A stretch of 39,058 nt of DNA from the sequence record SRR22947727_2277; one strand, 5' to 3'. Positions 16,608-27,027 of the stretch are shown one piece after another. The notes beneath the pieces are model-generated. The model had not been told where the DNA came from. It made no database searches and worked only from the letters and a program-made list of their open reading frames with translations. A program made the translations under genes and the position numbers. Positions within the stretch are counted from its first letter, which is position 1; each line of letters opens with the position of its first letter.

Positions 16608-17798
16608 ATGGACCATCTTAATAAAATTTTTTCTAAACAAATTGATGATGGCAAATTTCCAGGAGTACAGTGGCAAATTAATATAAAAGATAAAATCTAT
16701 TCAGGTAAGGTGGGGTATAATAATATTGAGACAAAAGAACCAGTTTTAGATAATACTATTTATAGAATATGGTCGATGACAAAACCAGTTGTTGCGATTG
16801 CCGCATTGCAATTATTAGAAAAAAATAAGTTAAATCTAGATGACTTAGTAACAAAATATCTTCCTGAGTTTTCTAATTTAAAAGTATTAAAAGATAAAAA
16901 ATCTGAAATCGATCAAACTGAAGAATTACAGGTAGATCTTACAATAAAAGATCTTTTTCTTCATACTGCTGGATTCTCATATAATTTTTTAGCTGATACT
17001 ATTGGAAGAAGATATGATGAAATTAAGCTTTTCCACTCTGGTACAACAACATTGGAAGAGGAGATAAAAAAATTAGCTGAAGTCCCGTTACTTTATCAAC
17101 CAAGAAAAAATTGGGTATATTCAGTTTCTATGGATGTTCTTGGCAGAATTTTAGAAGTTATTCTTAATGACACACTTCAAAATATATTACAAAAAAATAT
17201 TTTTGATCCACTAGAAATGGAAGAAACAAAATTTACAATACCTTTTGATTCAGAAAGTAGGTTAATGCAAACATATGAATATAATCAGATAAATGATAAA
17301 TTAAGTGAGCTAAAAAATGAACCACAAAAAATAGGAAATTTTAAATACCCCTTGTATGAAAAAAACTATGCAAGAGGTGGGCATGGGTTATTTTCAACAA
17401 TTAGTGATTTTTCTATTTTTGCTAAAATGCTTCATACTGGTAAATCTATTAAGGGTCATACTCTTTTAGATAAAAAAATATTAAAATTAATGTACACAAA
17501 TGCTCTAGATGATTATTATTTTCCTATTGAAATTCCGTCCATTGGTATTGTAAGAGATGTTAATTATGTAAATGACTTAAAAGCCTATGGTTGGGGATTA
17601 GGTTGTAGAACTTTATTGGACCCAGTAAAAAATAATAATTTAGGATCTTTAGGTGAATTTGGTTGGGCTGGAGCTGCCTCAACATATTTTCTTGTTGATA
17701 ATAGTAAAGAGATGTCAGCTTTAATAATGACACAGGTCTTAAGTGGCAATCCAGAATTAAAAAATGATTTTTATAAGTTTATCTATACAAATTTTTAA
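16608..17798 (+). CDS. Beta-lactamase-like (class C fold) serine hydrolase/esterase, cytoplasmic
   Basis: SMTK (SxxK), LFLHTAG, WVYS and FGWAGAAST motifs; no signal peptide. Confidence 0.85.
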   Translation: MDHLNKIFSKQIDDGKFPGVQWQINIKDKIYSGKVGYNNIETKEPVLDNTIYRIWSMTKPVVAIAALQLLEKNKLNLDDLVTKYLPEFSNLKVLKDKKSEIDQTEELQVDLTIKDLFLHTAGFSYNFLADTIGRRYDEIKLFHSGTTTLEEEIKKLAEVPLLYQPRKNWVYSVSMDVLGRILEVILNDTLQNILQKNIFDPLEMEETKFTIPFDSESRLMQTYEYNQINDKLSELKNEPQKIGNFKYPLYEKNYARGGHGLFSTISDFSIFAKMLHTGKSIKGHTLLDKKILKLMYTNALDDYYFPIEIPSIGIVRDVNYVNDLKAYGWGLGCRTLLDPVKNNNLGSLGEFGWAGAASTYFLVDNSKEMSALIMTQVLSGNPELKNDFYKFIYTNF

Positions 17799-17804
17799 TT
17801 AATA

Positions 17805-18668
17805 ATGTTCAAATTTAAGTCAGTTGAAAGTCTTGGAATGATGTTTGCTGTTATGGCTTATTTCTCATTTTCTCTTTTGGACGCTGTTCAGAAAACAGCT
17901 ATTATTTACCATTCTGTTTTTCAACTATTGTTTATAAAATATTGTTTTGTTTTAATTTTATCTTTTTTTGAATCACGAAGAAAAAAAAATTATTCATTTT
18001 TTAAGTCAGGTAATATTAAAATTCAACTTTTACGAAGTGTTTTATCTATTATTGAGTCTGGATGTTTTATTTTATCTTTTAGATATTTAACACTGGCAGA
18101 TGCTCACAGCATTGCTTCTTTAACCCCGGTTTTAGTAGTGGCTTTATCAGCCATTATTTTAAGAGAACATGTTTCTTTAAAAACATGGATTGCAATTTTT
18201 GTAGGTTTTATTGGTGTGCTTATTATTATGAGACCAGGTTTATCCATCTTTGATCCTAAATCCTTAATACCACTTGCAGGTGCTTTTTTTCTAAGTATTT
18301 ATCAAATAGTAACAAGGAAGGCATCGGAAAAAGACTCTACAGAAACATCTTTATTTTATACTTCTATAGTAGGTATAGTTCTAATGAGCATAATCGGATA
18401 TAGTTTTTGGCAGCCTTTAATGGACTATTCAATATTATTTTTTATAGCAATAGGCATTTTTTTTTCATTAGGTTTATATTTTCAAATAATTGCTTTGAGT
18501 ATGGCGAGAGCAGGAATAATTCAACCTTTTCATTATACATTAATATTTTGGGCAATTATTCTTGGTTATATCTTTTATGATGATTTTCCAGACATTCCAA
18601 CTCTAATAGGAGCTTTAGTTATTACAATTTCAGGTATTTATACTTTGTACGTTAAAGAAAAACATTAA
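17805..18668 (+). CDS. DMT/EamA family transporter
   Basis: About 10 hydrophobic segments; LRE.V.., GFIGVLIIMRPG and PFHYT motifs. Confidence 0.88.
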   Translation: MFKFKSVESLGMMFAVMAYFSFSLLDAVQKTAIIYHSVFQLLFIKYCFVLILSFFESRRKKNYSFFKSGNIKIQLLRSVLSIIESGCFILSFRYLTLADAHSIASLTPVLVVALSAIILREHVSLKTWIAIFVGFIGVLIIMRPGLSIFDPKSLIPLAGAFFLSIYQIVTRKASEKDSTETSLFYTSIVGIVLMSIIGYSFWQPLMDYSILFFIAIGIFFSLGLYFQIIALSMARAGIIQPFHYTLIFWAIILGYIFYDDFPDIPTLIGALVITISGIYTLYVKEKH

Positions 18669-18708
18669 CTAATAGACTTTTTAATTCTTTATAAATAAAT
18701 AACAGGAT

Positions 18709-20193
18709 ATGTTTATTGGAATAGATTTAGGCACATCTTCAGTAAAAATGATCCTTGTAGATCATGAGCAAAATATCTTAGCCACTTCAGATTCTCCACT
18801 TACAGTGCAAAATCCTAAAGATGGATATAGTGAGCAAAATCCCAATGAGTGGATCAATGCTACACTAGAATGTCTTGAGAGTTTAAAAATTAAAAAACCA
18901 AAAGAATTTACAGAAACAATTTCTATAGGAATTTCTGGTCATATGCACGGGGCAACACTCATTGATAAGTCGGGCGATGTAATAAGGCCTTGTATTTTAT
19001 GGAATGATACAAGGTCACATAAAGAATGTGAAGAATTTGAAAATCAAAGTGTTGATGTAAGATCAATTTCGGGAAATATTACGATGCCTGGTTTTACTGC
19101 ACCAAAAATTAATTGGTTAAAAAATAATGAAATAGAAAGTTTTAAAAAAATTAATAAAGTTTTATTACCTAAGGATTATTTACGATTTTATTTAACTGGA
19201 GAGTACTATTCTGAAATGTCTGATGCTTCTGGAACACTGTGGTTAGATATTAAAGAGCGAAAATGGTCAGAAAAATTATTATCTTGTTCTGATTTAGATA
19301 TGAAACATATGCCTACACTAGTAGAGGGTAATCAAGAAACAGGAATTTTAAAAAATAGCATTAAAGATAAATTTAGTTTTAAAAATAATGTGATAGTTGT
19401 TGGAGGTGCTGGAGATAATGCAGCTGCAGCAGCAGGAATGGGCATTATTAATCAAAAACAATCATTTATTTCCCTTGGTACTTCTGGAGTTTTTTTTACA
19501 CCAACACAAAATTTTTTAAGTAATACGGGTGATGCCGTTCACTCGTTTTGTCATTGTTTACCAAATAAATGGCATTTAATGTCAGTGATGTTAAGTGCAA
19601 GTAATTGTTTGGATTGGATTTGTTCGATAACGAATACATCCATTACAGATACTCTTAAAAATGTAGAAAATTATTTTAACGATCCAAGCTTAGTGTCAAA
19701 TTCTTCATTTTTTTTACCTTACTTATCCGGAGAAAGAACACCGCACAATGACCCGCACATCAGAGGATCATTTCATGCAATGAAAACAACCACTGATGCA
19801 ACTAATATGCAATACGCAGTTATTGAAGGTGTTAGTTTTGGAATTCTAGATGGTGTCAACTCAATCTTAAAAGTAAATGATAACTTTGATAAAGTATTCA
19901 TGGTTGGGGGAGGGTCGAGAAGTTCTTTTTGGATTGAGTTAATTGCTTCTTTGTTAGAAAGAAATTTAAGTGTTTGTGATCAAAGTGAATATGGAGCAGC
20001 TTTAGGTGTAGCCAGACTAGCAATGCATGTTGATAAAAATATACAGGAGCAAAATAATATAATTAAAGAAATTAAAATTAGTAAAGAATATAAACCTCGA
20101 TTTGATAGCATCAATCTTTTAAAAGAGAGATATAAAATCTGGAAAGATTTATATTCTGCAAATAAAATGATTGCATCAAATCTAATTTCTTAA
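18709..20193 (+). CDS. xylB: Xylulokinase (FGGY family)
   Basis: GIDLGTSSVK, SGHMHG, PGFTAPK, SDASGT, GAGDNAA, SLGTSG and LPYLSGERTPHND motifs. Confidence 0.92.
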   Translation: MFIGIDLGTSSVKMILVDHEQNILATSDSPLTVQNPKDGYSEQNPNEWINATLECLESLKIKKPKEFTETISIGISGHMHGATLIDKSGDVIRPCILWNDTRSHKECEEFENQSVDVRSISGNITMPGFTAPKINWLKNNEIESFKKINKVLLPKDYLRFYLTGEYYSEMSDASGTLWLDIKERKWSEKLLSCSDLDMKHMPTLVEGNQETGILKNSIKDKFSFKNNVIVVGGAGDNAAAAAGMGIINQKQSFISLGTSGVFFTPTQNFLSNTGDAVHSFCHCLPNKWHLMSVMLSASNCLDWICSITNTSITDTLKNVENYFNDPSLVSNSSFFLPYLSGERTPHNDPHIRGSFHAMKTTTDATNMQYAVIEGVSFGILDGVNSILKVNDNFDKVFMVGGGSRSSFWIELIASLLERNLSVCDQSEYGAALGVARLAMHVDKNIQEQNNIIKEIKISKEYKPRFDSINLLKERYKIWKDLYSANKMIASNLIS

Positions 20194-20279
20194 TAAATTT
20201 TAAAATAAAATTCTAAATGTAATGCTTAAAGAAAACAAATAATCTTGTACTAAACTGTAAAATATTTAATAATCTTTAT

Positions 20280-21311
20280 ATGCGCAAAATTAAAATTAAA
20301 AATATGGATGATTTTGCAAAAGTATGCGGAGTTTCAAGGCCAACAATTTCTAAGTTTTTTTATGACCCAAATAGTATTCGTAAATCAATAAAGAATAAAA
20401 TTGAATTATCTCTTGAAAAATATGATTACTACCCGAATTTTTATGCCATTAATCAAAACAGAGAGTTAACTAAAAATATTGGGATCGTTGTTCCATATTT
20501 AGCTGATCCTTTTTTCGCAGAAATAGCAAGAAATTTAGAGAGGAAATGTATTGCTGCTGGGTACACCCCCACACTTTTTTCTTCTCATGGTGAGCAGGCA
20601 CTTGAAAATAACATTCTAGACACACTTCGATCACTAAAACCCTCTGGGGTTTTATTTGCTCCACTAGGAAGACATTCAGATAAAATAAAGATAGAAAAAT
20701 TTTGTAGAAATGTACCAACTATACTTTTTGATAGTAATATTGAAGATTTAGGAGCTGCATTTGTTGGTTCGGAAAATTACAGTTTTATAACTCAGACAGT
20801 TGAGTATTTAAATAGTACAGGTAAATCACCTTATTTCTTTGAAATGCGTAATCCAGCAAACCCAAATGCAAATAAAAGAAGAGATGCATATCTTAAAATA
20901 ATGAAGAAATTAAAATTAAATCCTGAAATTATAAAAATTGAGGGTAAGGGTTGGAATTTTGAAGAAATTGCAAAAAATGGTGCATTAAAACTTTTACGTC
21001 AAAACTCTATTCATTCTGATACAATTTTATGTAGTAACGATCGCTTAGCTATTGGTTTCTTATCAGCATGTCATGAAATGGGAGTAAAAGTTGGAAAAAC
21101 TAAAGACTGTGATCTCCGAGTTGCTTCTAATGATGACCACCCATATTCAAGATTTACAAGTCCATCACTTACAACATCTGCGCATGATTACGAGTCGGTA
21201 TCAAATAAGGCAGTTCAAATATTATTTGAATTAATTGAAAATGGTGGAAAACTTAAAAAACGTGAAGAAACACTATATTCTGCCAAATTAGTGGTTAGAG
21301 ACTCAGCTTAA
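20280..21311 (+). CDS. LacI-family transcriptional regulator of the polyol operon
   Basis: HTH MDDFAKVCGVSRPTISK, periplasmic-binding-like domain (NDRLAIG, PSLTT), C-terminal LVVRDSA. Confidence 0.92.
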   Translation: MRKIKIKNMDDFAKVCGVSRPTISKFFYDPNSIRKSIKNKIELSLEKYDYYPNFYAINQNRELTKNIGIVVPYLADPFFAEIARNLERKCIAAGYTPTLFSSHGEQALENNILDTLRSLKPSGVLFAPLGRHSDKIKIEKFCRNVPTILFDSNIEDLGAAFVGSENYSFITQTVEYLNSTGKSPYFFEMRNPANPNANKRRDAYLKIMKKLKLNPEIIKIEGKGWNFEEIAKNGALKLLRQNSIHSDTILCSNDRLAIGFLSACHEMGVKVGKTKDCDLRVASNDDHPYSRFTSPSLTTSAHDYESVSNKAVQILFELIENGGKLKKREETLYSAKLVVRDSA

Positions 21312-21316
21312 TTTTA

Positions 21317-21351
21317 TTTACGCGCGTAAAAAATATATTGACTCGGGTAAA
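21317..21351. promoter_or_regulatory. Tandem LacI-type operators overlapping the smoE promoter
   Basis: Perfect palindrome TTTACGCGCGTAAA (21317-21330) and an 11/14 copy TTGACTCGGGTAAA (21338-21351) offset by 21 bp. The second contains a TTGACT -35 candidate. Confidence 0.75.
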
Positions 21352-21402
21352 ATTTTAATATTTGATCATATTATAAATATTATTAAATATTAGGAGGATA
21401 AA

Positions 21403-22707
21403 ATGAGAATAAAAAAATTATTCCTATCTTTAGCAGCCACATTAATGTTGACTGCAAATATTGCCTCTGCAGAAAGTTTAACAATCGCCACTGTCAATAA
21501 TGGTGATATGATTCGTATGCAGGGTTTAACAGATGACTTTACTGCAAAAACTGGACACAGTGTTGAGTGGGTCACTTTAGAAGAAAACGTTCTTCGTCAA
21601 AGAGTAACAACTGACATCACAACCAAAGGTGGTGCTTTTGATATTATGACTATCGGGATGTATGAAACACCAATTTGGGGTGCAAACGGTTGGTTAGTTC
21701 CACTTGATGATCTTTCAGCTGGTTACAACGTGGGTGATTTACTCCCTGCTATGTCAGGTGGCTTATCACATGATGGTACACTTTATGCTGCACCGTTCTA
21801 TGGTGAAAGCTCAATGATTATGTACAGAACTGATCTGATGGCAAAAGCTGGACTCGAAATGCCTGCTGCTCCATCTTGGTCATTTATTGCTAAAGCTGCG
21901 CGTCATATGACAGACCGTGATAATGAAATCAATGGCATTTGTTTAAGAGGTAAAGCTGGTTGGGGTGAAGGCGGAGCCTTTATAACTGCTATGTCTAATT
22001 CTTTTGGAGCAAGATGGTTTGATGAAGATTGGAATGCTCAATTTGATAGCCGTGAGTGGTCTGATACATTAAATTTTTATTTCAATATGATGTCTGATTC
22101 TGGTCCTGCTGGATTTGCTACGAATGGTTTCAATGAAAACTTATCTCTATTCCAACAAGGTAAATGTGGAATGTGGATTGACGCGACTGTTGCTGCTTCA
22201 TTTGTAACAAACCCTAAAGATTCTACAGTTGCTGATCATGTTGGTTTTGCATTGGCACCAGATAATGGTATGGGCGTACGTTCAAACTGGTTATGGGCAT
22301 GGGCTCTAGCAATACCTGCTGGAACTCAAAAAGAAGGTGCTGCAAAAGAGTTTATTGAATGGGCAACTTCTACTTCTTATATTGAGTTAGTTGCAGCAAA
22401 TGAAGGATGGGCAAATGTACCTCCAGGAGCAAGAACTTCACTTTATGAAAATCCTAATTATAAGGATATTCCTTTTGCGAAAATGACTCTTGAATCTATC
22501 CTTTCTGCTGATCCATTAAACTCAACAGTTGACCCAAGTCCATACGTGGGCATTCAGTTTGCAGCTATTCCTGAATTTGCAGGTATTGCTACTGATGTTA
22601 GCCAAGAGTTTTCTGCTGCTTATGCAGGACAGCAATCTATTGCAGATGCATTAGCTAAAGCTCAAGCTATTACTAATGATGCAATGGAAGCTGCAGGCTA
22701 TAGATAG
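21403..22707 (+). CDS. smoE: Sorbitol/mannitol ABC transporter substrate-binding protein
   Basis: Signal peptide; TIATVNNGDMIRMQ, LEENVLRQRVTTDI, APFYGESS, MWIDATVAA and WLWAW motifs; SD AGGAGG. Confidence 0.92.
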   Translation: MRIKKLFLSLAATLMLTANIASAESLTIATVNNGDMIRMQGLTDDFTAKTGHSVEWVTLEENVLRQRVTTDITTKGGAFDIMTIGMYETPIWGANGWLVPLDDLSAGYNVGDLLPAMSGGLSHDGTLYAAPFYGESSMIMYRTDLMAKAGLEMPAAPSWSFIAKAARHMTDRDNEINGICLRGKAGWGEGGAFITAMSNSFGARWFDEDWNAQFDSREWSDTLNFYFNMMSDSGPAGFATNGFNENLSLFQQGKCGMWIDATVAASFVTNPKDSTVADHVGFALAPDNGMGVRSNWLWAWALAIPAGTQKEGAAKEFIEWATSTSYIELVAANEGWANVPPGARTSLYENPNYKDIPFAKMTLESILSADPLNSTVDPSPYVGIQFAAIPEFAGIATDVSQEFSAAYAGQQSIADALAKAQAITNDAMEAAGYR

Positions 22708-22726
22708 TAATTAATCGATATTAATA

Positions 22727-22755
22727 AATAAGGGGTAGTAAATCTACCCCTTATT
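22727..22755 (+). terminator. Stem-loop after smoE (partial terminator or mRNA stabiliser)
   Basis: Perfect 12-bp stem AATAAGGGGTAG/CTACCCCTTATT with a 5-nt loop. Confidence 0.75.
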
Positions 22756-22798
22756 AAATTGGTTAGTTTTCGTAATTTATATTATAATTTAATTCTCA

Positions 22799-23677
22799 AT
22801 GAATAATCATTTAAGCACCAGAAGTATTGCTCGCCTTATGATGGCGCCAGCTATTATTTTATTATTGGGTTGGATGTTAATACCTTTAACAACCACATTA
22901 TATTTTAGTTTTAAAAAATATTTACCTCTTAGAGGAGGAGATTTAGGTTGGAATGGTTTTGATAATTATACACGTTTCATTACATCAAGTGCTTTTTGGC
23001 CAAGCATTTATGCAACACTTATAGTTGTGGGAAGTGTTTTAATTATTACAGTTATATTTGGAACACTCCTTGCAATTCTTCTTGATCAGCCAATGTGGGG
23101 ACAGGGAATTGTTCGTATTTTGGTAATTGCACCTTTTTTTGTTATGCCTACAGTATCAGGTTTGGTTTGGAAAAATATGTTTATGGATCCTATTAATGGT
23201 CTTTTTGCTCATCTTTGGAGATTTTTTGGTTTACAACCTCTTGAATGGTTAAGTCATTTTAGCCTTGGCTCAATAGTAATGATTGTTAGTTGGCAATGGC
23301 TGCCTTTTGCTACATTAATTATTCTTACAGCTATACAATCCTTGGATCGTGATCAAATAGAGGCCGCTGAGATGGATGGTGCAAATCCTATTAAAAGATT
23401 TGGATATATAATTCTTCCTCATCTTTATCGAGCAATAACAATTGTCATTCTTATCCAAACAATATTTCTTTTATCAATATTTGCAGAAATATTTGTTACA
23501 ACGGCAGGAGCTTTTGGAACTAAAACACTTACCTATTTAATTTTTCAACGTGTACTTGAAAGTCAAAATGTTGGATTAGGATCTGCTGGAGGAGTGTACG
23601 CAATTATTTTAGCCAATATAGTCGCAATATTTTTAATGCGTGTTGTTGGTAAATCACTAGATGCAAAGAAAAATTAA
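22799..23677 (+). CDS. smoF: Polyol ABC transporter permease
   Basis: APFFVMPTV, WQWLPFATLI and EAA motif EAAEMDGA. Confidence 0.9.
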   Translation: MNNHLSTRSIARLMMAPAIILLLGWMLIPLTTTLYFSFKKYLPLRGGDLGWNGFDNYTRFITSSAFWPSIYATLIVVGSVLIITVIFGTLLAILLDQPMWGQGIVRILVIAPFFVMPTVSGLVWKNMFMDPINGLFAHLWRFFGLQPLEWLSHFSLGSIVMIVSWQWLPFATLIILTAIQSLDRDQIEAAEMDGANPIKRFGYIILPHLYRAITIVILIQTIFLLSIFAEIFVTTAGAFGTKTLTYLIFQRVLESQNVGLGSAGGVYAIILANIVAIFLMRVVGKSLDAKKN

Positions 23678-24507
23678 TGCCTAGAATTGTTCAAAAAAAA
23701 AGAAAAACAATTAATACCTTAGTTGCTTGGTCCATTGGATTATTAATATTTTTTCCTGTTCTTTGGACTGTTCTTACAAGTTTTAAAACGGAAGGTCAGG
23801 CAATTAATGACCCCCCTTTATTCCTATTTTTTGATTGGACATTAGAAAATTATTCTATTGTTCAAGAGCGATCTGATTATATGAAATTTTTATGGAATTC
23901 TATTATAGTTGCTGGAGGATCAACAATACTTGGTATCTTAATTGCTATACCAGCAGCATGGTCTATGGCTTTTGTTCCAACTAAAAGAACAAAAGATATT
24001 TTGTTATGGATGTTATCTACAAAAATGCTTCCTGCTGTAGGTGTATTGTATCCTATTTATATAGGTTTTATTAAGTTAGGATTATTAGATAGTAGATTTG
24101 GTTTGGTAATAGTTTTGATGCTCATAAATCTACCTATTATTATATGGATGCTTTACACATATTTTAGAGAAATACCTGAAGAAATACTAGAGGCAGCTAG
24201 AATGGATGGTGCAGCTTTATGGAAAGAGATTGTTTATGTTTTAACTCCTTTGGCAATTCCAGGAATTGCTTCAACAATACTTTTGAATTTAATTTTAGCT
24301 TGGAATGAATCTTTTTGGACTTTAAACTTAACTGCAGCTAAGGCCGCAACATTAACAGCTTTCATTGCCAGTTACTCGAGCCCTGAAGGATTATTTTTTG
24401 CTAAACTAAGTGCAGCTTCTACGATGGCAATAGCACCAATTTTAATTCTTGGATGGTTTAGTCAAAAACAACTTGTGCGTGGTTTAACTTTTGGTGCAGT
24501 AAAATAG
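23677..24507 (+). CDS. smoG: Polyol ABC transporter permease
   Basis: LLWMLSTKMLPAVG, EAARMDGA and QKQLVRGLTFGAVK motifs. Confidence 0.9.
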   Translation: MPRIVQKKRKTINTLVAWSIGLLIFFPVLWTVLTSFKTEGQAINDPPLFLFFDWTLENYSIVQERSDYMKFLWNSIIVAGGSTILGILIAIPAAWSMAFVPTKRTKDILLWMLSTKMLPAVGVLYPIYIGFIKLGLLDSRFGLVIVLMLINLPIIIWMLYTYFREIPEEILEAARMDGAALWKEIVYVLTPLAIPGIASTILLNLILAWNESFWTLNLTAAKAATLTAFIASYSSPEGLFFAKLSAASTMAIAPILILGWFSQKQLVRGLTFGAVK

Positions 24508-24519
24508 AATGGAGATAAT

Positions 24520-25521
24520 GTGGGATATATAGAACTGAATGAAGTAACAAAAAATTTTGGAGACCTTCAAGTAATTAAACCACTCAATCTTAATATTAAA
24601 GATGGTGAATTTACCGTTTTTGTTGGACCTTCAGGATGTGGTAAGTCAACTCTCTTAAGATTAATTGCGGGTTTAGAAGATTTAACAAGTGGTTCTATAA
24701 CAATTGATGGAAATGAAGCTAGTGATACGCCTCCAGCTAAAAGAGGTTTGGCAATGGTTTTTCAATCATACGCTTTGTACCCGCATATGAATGTTTATAA
24801 AAATATTGCTTTTCCTCTAAAAATGGTGGGGTTGGATAAAGATGAAATTGATAAAAAAGTAAGAAATGCTGCAGAAATACTAAATCTTACAGAGTATCTT
24901 GCTAGAAAACCTGGCCAGTTGTCTGGTGGTCAACGTCAAAGAGTAGCAATAGGACGGGCAATTGTTCGTGAACCTCTTGCTTTTTTATTTGATGAGCCCC
25001 TTTCAAATCTAGATGCTGCCCTTCGAGTTGGAATGAGATTAGAAATATCTGAATTACACAAAAGATTAAATTCAACTATGATTTATGTAACTCACGATCA
25101 AGTTGAAGCAATGACAATGGCTGATCGAATTGTAGTTTTAAATAATGGAATTATTGAACAAGTAGGAACGCCTTTAGAGTTATATAGAAGCCCTAAAAAT
25201 ATTTTTGTCGCTGGTTTTATTGGATCACCAAAAATGAATCTTATAAGTGGTGAGTTTGCTGACAAGAACAATGCTCACACTATAGGTATAAGACCTGAGC
25301 ATATTGCTATAACTCAAAGTGAGGGAAATTTAATTGGAGAAATAAAAATGTCTGAGAGTCTTGGCTCAGATACTTTTGTACATGTCGAAATAAATAATTT
25401 TCAACAAAATATAACTGTAAGAGCTGAAGGTGAAAAAAATTTTATTAGAGGTGAAAAAATAAACCTCAATTACAATAAAGAGAATTTGCATTTGTTTAAT
25501 GAAGTGGGAGAGAAAATTTAA
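24520..25521 (+). CDS. smoK: Polyol ABC transporter ATP-binding protein (MalK-like)
   Basis: [17 protein letters not shown] and FDEPLSNLD motifs; GTG start after GGAG. Confidence 0.9.
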   Translation: MGYIELNEVTKNFGDLQVIKPLNLNIKDGEFTVFVGPSGCGKSTLLRLIAGLEDLTSGSITIDGNEASDTPPAKRGLAMVFQSYALYPHMNVYKNIAFPLKMVGLDKDEIDKKVRNAAEILNLTEYLARKPGQLSGGQRQRVAIGRAIVREPLAFLFDEPLSNLDAALRVGMRLEISELHKRLNSTMIYVTHDQVEAMTMADRIVVLNNGIIEQVGTPLELYRSPKNIFVAGFIGSPKMNLISGEFADKNNAHTIGIRPEHIAITQSEGNLIGEIKMSESLGSDTFVHVEINNFQQNITVRAEGEKNFIRGEKINLNYNKENLHLFNEVGEKI

Positions 25522-27011
25522 TGCCTGATAACCCTCCACACTCTCTTCTTGATTTAAATAATAAAAATTTACCTAAATTTAATATTATTAAACCACAATA
25601 TGATAGATCTAAGCTGTCACCAGGAATAGTTCATATAGGTGTAGGGAATTTTCATCGAGCTCATCTTTCTTGGTATTCGCATAGATTAATGCAAAAAAAT
25701 AAAAACTTAGATTGGGGCATTATAGGATCAGGTGTGCTTAATTATGATCGTGAAATGCAACAAAAGTTAAAAAAACAGGATTTTCTTACAACATTAATTG
25801 AACTTGATCCACAAGGTAACAAAAATTGTGAAATAATTGGTCCAATGATTGATTATGTCTCTGTTGAATCAAATAATATCTCTTTAATAAATGCAATGTC
25901 AGATTCAAGAATACGTATAGTTTCACTCACAGTAACTGAGGGTGGGTATTTTTTAGATGGAGAAAATGGTGATTTAGATTTTACAAATCCAGATATAGTT
26001 AATGATATCAACAATCCCAATTCTCCAAAAACAGTATTTGGGGCAATAGTTTATGCATTGAATATTAGAAGAAATAATGGCCATGGACCAATTACTTGTT
26101 TAAGTTGTGATAACTTAATTAAAAATGGAGATAAGTTAAAACAAGCTGTCATAGGAATAGCAAAAAATACCAACAAAGATCTATCAGATTGGATTCTTGA
26201 AAATTGTACTTTTCCCAACTCTATGGTTGATTGTATCGTCCCGAGTACTGGTAAGAGAGAATTAGAACTTGTTAAAAAAATAGGAATTAATGATAGCGTA
26301 CCTGTTGTTCATGAAAATTTTCGTCAATGGGTTATTGAAGATAAATTTTGTGCTGGCAGACCAAATTGGGAGGATGTAGGTGTGCAGTTTTCATCAAAAG
26401 TTCATCAATATGAAGAGCAAAAGATACGTATACTAAATGCTGGTCATCAAATTATAGCTAATGCAGCAGAATTATTATCAATAGATACCATTGATAAAGC
26501 TATAAAACATGAAGGTATTTATTCCTTTCTTAAAAAAGTAATGAAGGAAGAAATTATTCCTCATGTTAATCCACTACCAGATCTCTCACCTGAAAAATAT
26601 TTTGAATCAATTCTTAATCGTTTTTTAAACCCTGAAATAAAAGATACAACAAGAAGAGTTGCTTTTGATGGTTCTTCAAGACATAGTCTATTTCTTGTGC
26701 CATCTATCAATGATAGTATTAAAAATAAAATGCCTTTAAAGGGATTAGCTTTAGTTCAAGCTTTGTGGGCTAAAATGTGTCAAGGAGTGAGAGAAGATAA
26801 TTCGATGATTGAAAATAATGATCCAATTTGGGAAATTTTGAACACATACGCTATTGAAGCAAAGAAAAATCCTCTTAAGTGGCTTGATATAAAAGAAGTA
26901 TATGGTAATCTCGATCATGATCAATCTTTTAAAGAATTATTTATTAACTGGTTTAATAGTCTTGAGGAATTAGGAGTTGAAAAAACTATTATTAAATATT
27001 TTACAGAGTAG
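25521..27011 (+). CDS. mtlK: Mannitol 2-dehydrogenase / D-arabitol dehydrogenase (long-chain polyol DH)
   Basis: HIGVGNFHRAH, SLTVTEGGY, SCDN, FPNSMVD, QWVIED and KIRILNAGH motifs. Confidence 0.9.
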   Translation: MPDNPPHSLLDLNNKNLPKFNIIKPQYDRSKLSPGIVHIGVGNFHRAHLSWYSHRLMQKNKNLDWGIIGSGVLNYDREMQQKLKKQDFLTTLIELDPQGNKNCEIIGPMIDYVSVESNNISLINAMSDSRIRIVSLTVTEGGYFLDGENGDLDFTNPDIVNDINNPNSPKTVFGAIVYALNIRRNNGHGPITCLSCDNLIKNGDKLKQAVIGIAKNTNKDLSDWILENCTFPNSMVDCIVPSTGKRELELVKKIGINDSVPVVHENFRQWVIEDKFCAGRPNWEDVGVQFSSKVHQYEEQKIRILNAGHQIIANAAELLSIDTIDKAIKHEGIYSFLKKVMKEEIIPHVNPLPDLSPEKYFESILNRFLNPEIKDTTRRVAFDGSSRHSLFLVPSINDSIKNKMPLKGLALVQALWAKMCQGVREDNSMIENNDPIWEILNTYAIEAKKNPLKWLDIKEVYGNLDHDQSFKELFINWFNSLEELGVEKTIIKYFTE

Positions 27012-27027
27012 TTTTTAATTAATTAAA

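Noticed and set aside
16608-17798. Antibiotic-resistance beta-lactamase
   Set aside because: No signal peptide; motifs fit the cytoplasmic esterase-like members of the fold.
12936-21575. Small overlapping ORFs 12936-13205, 14639-14875, 16266-16448, 20470-20718 and 21390-21575
   Set aside because: Antisense to real genes, with no coding evidence.
21403-22707. CGT-rich Arg usage in smoE (6 of 13, versus 1 of 15 in rhaT) as a sign of recent transfer
   Set aside because: Small counts; equally explained by high expression, and core smc also uses CGN codons.
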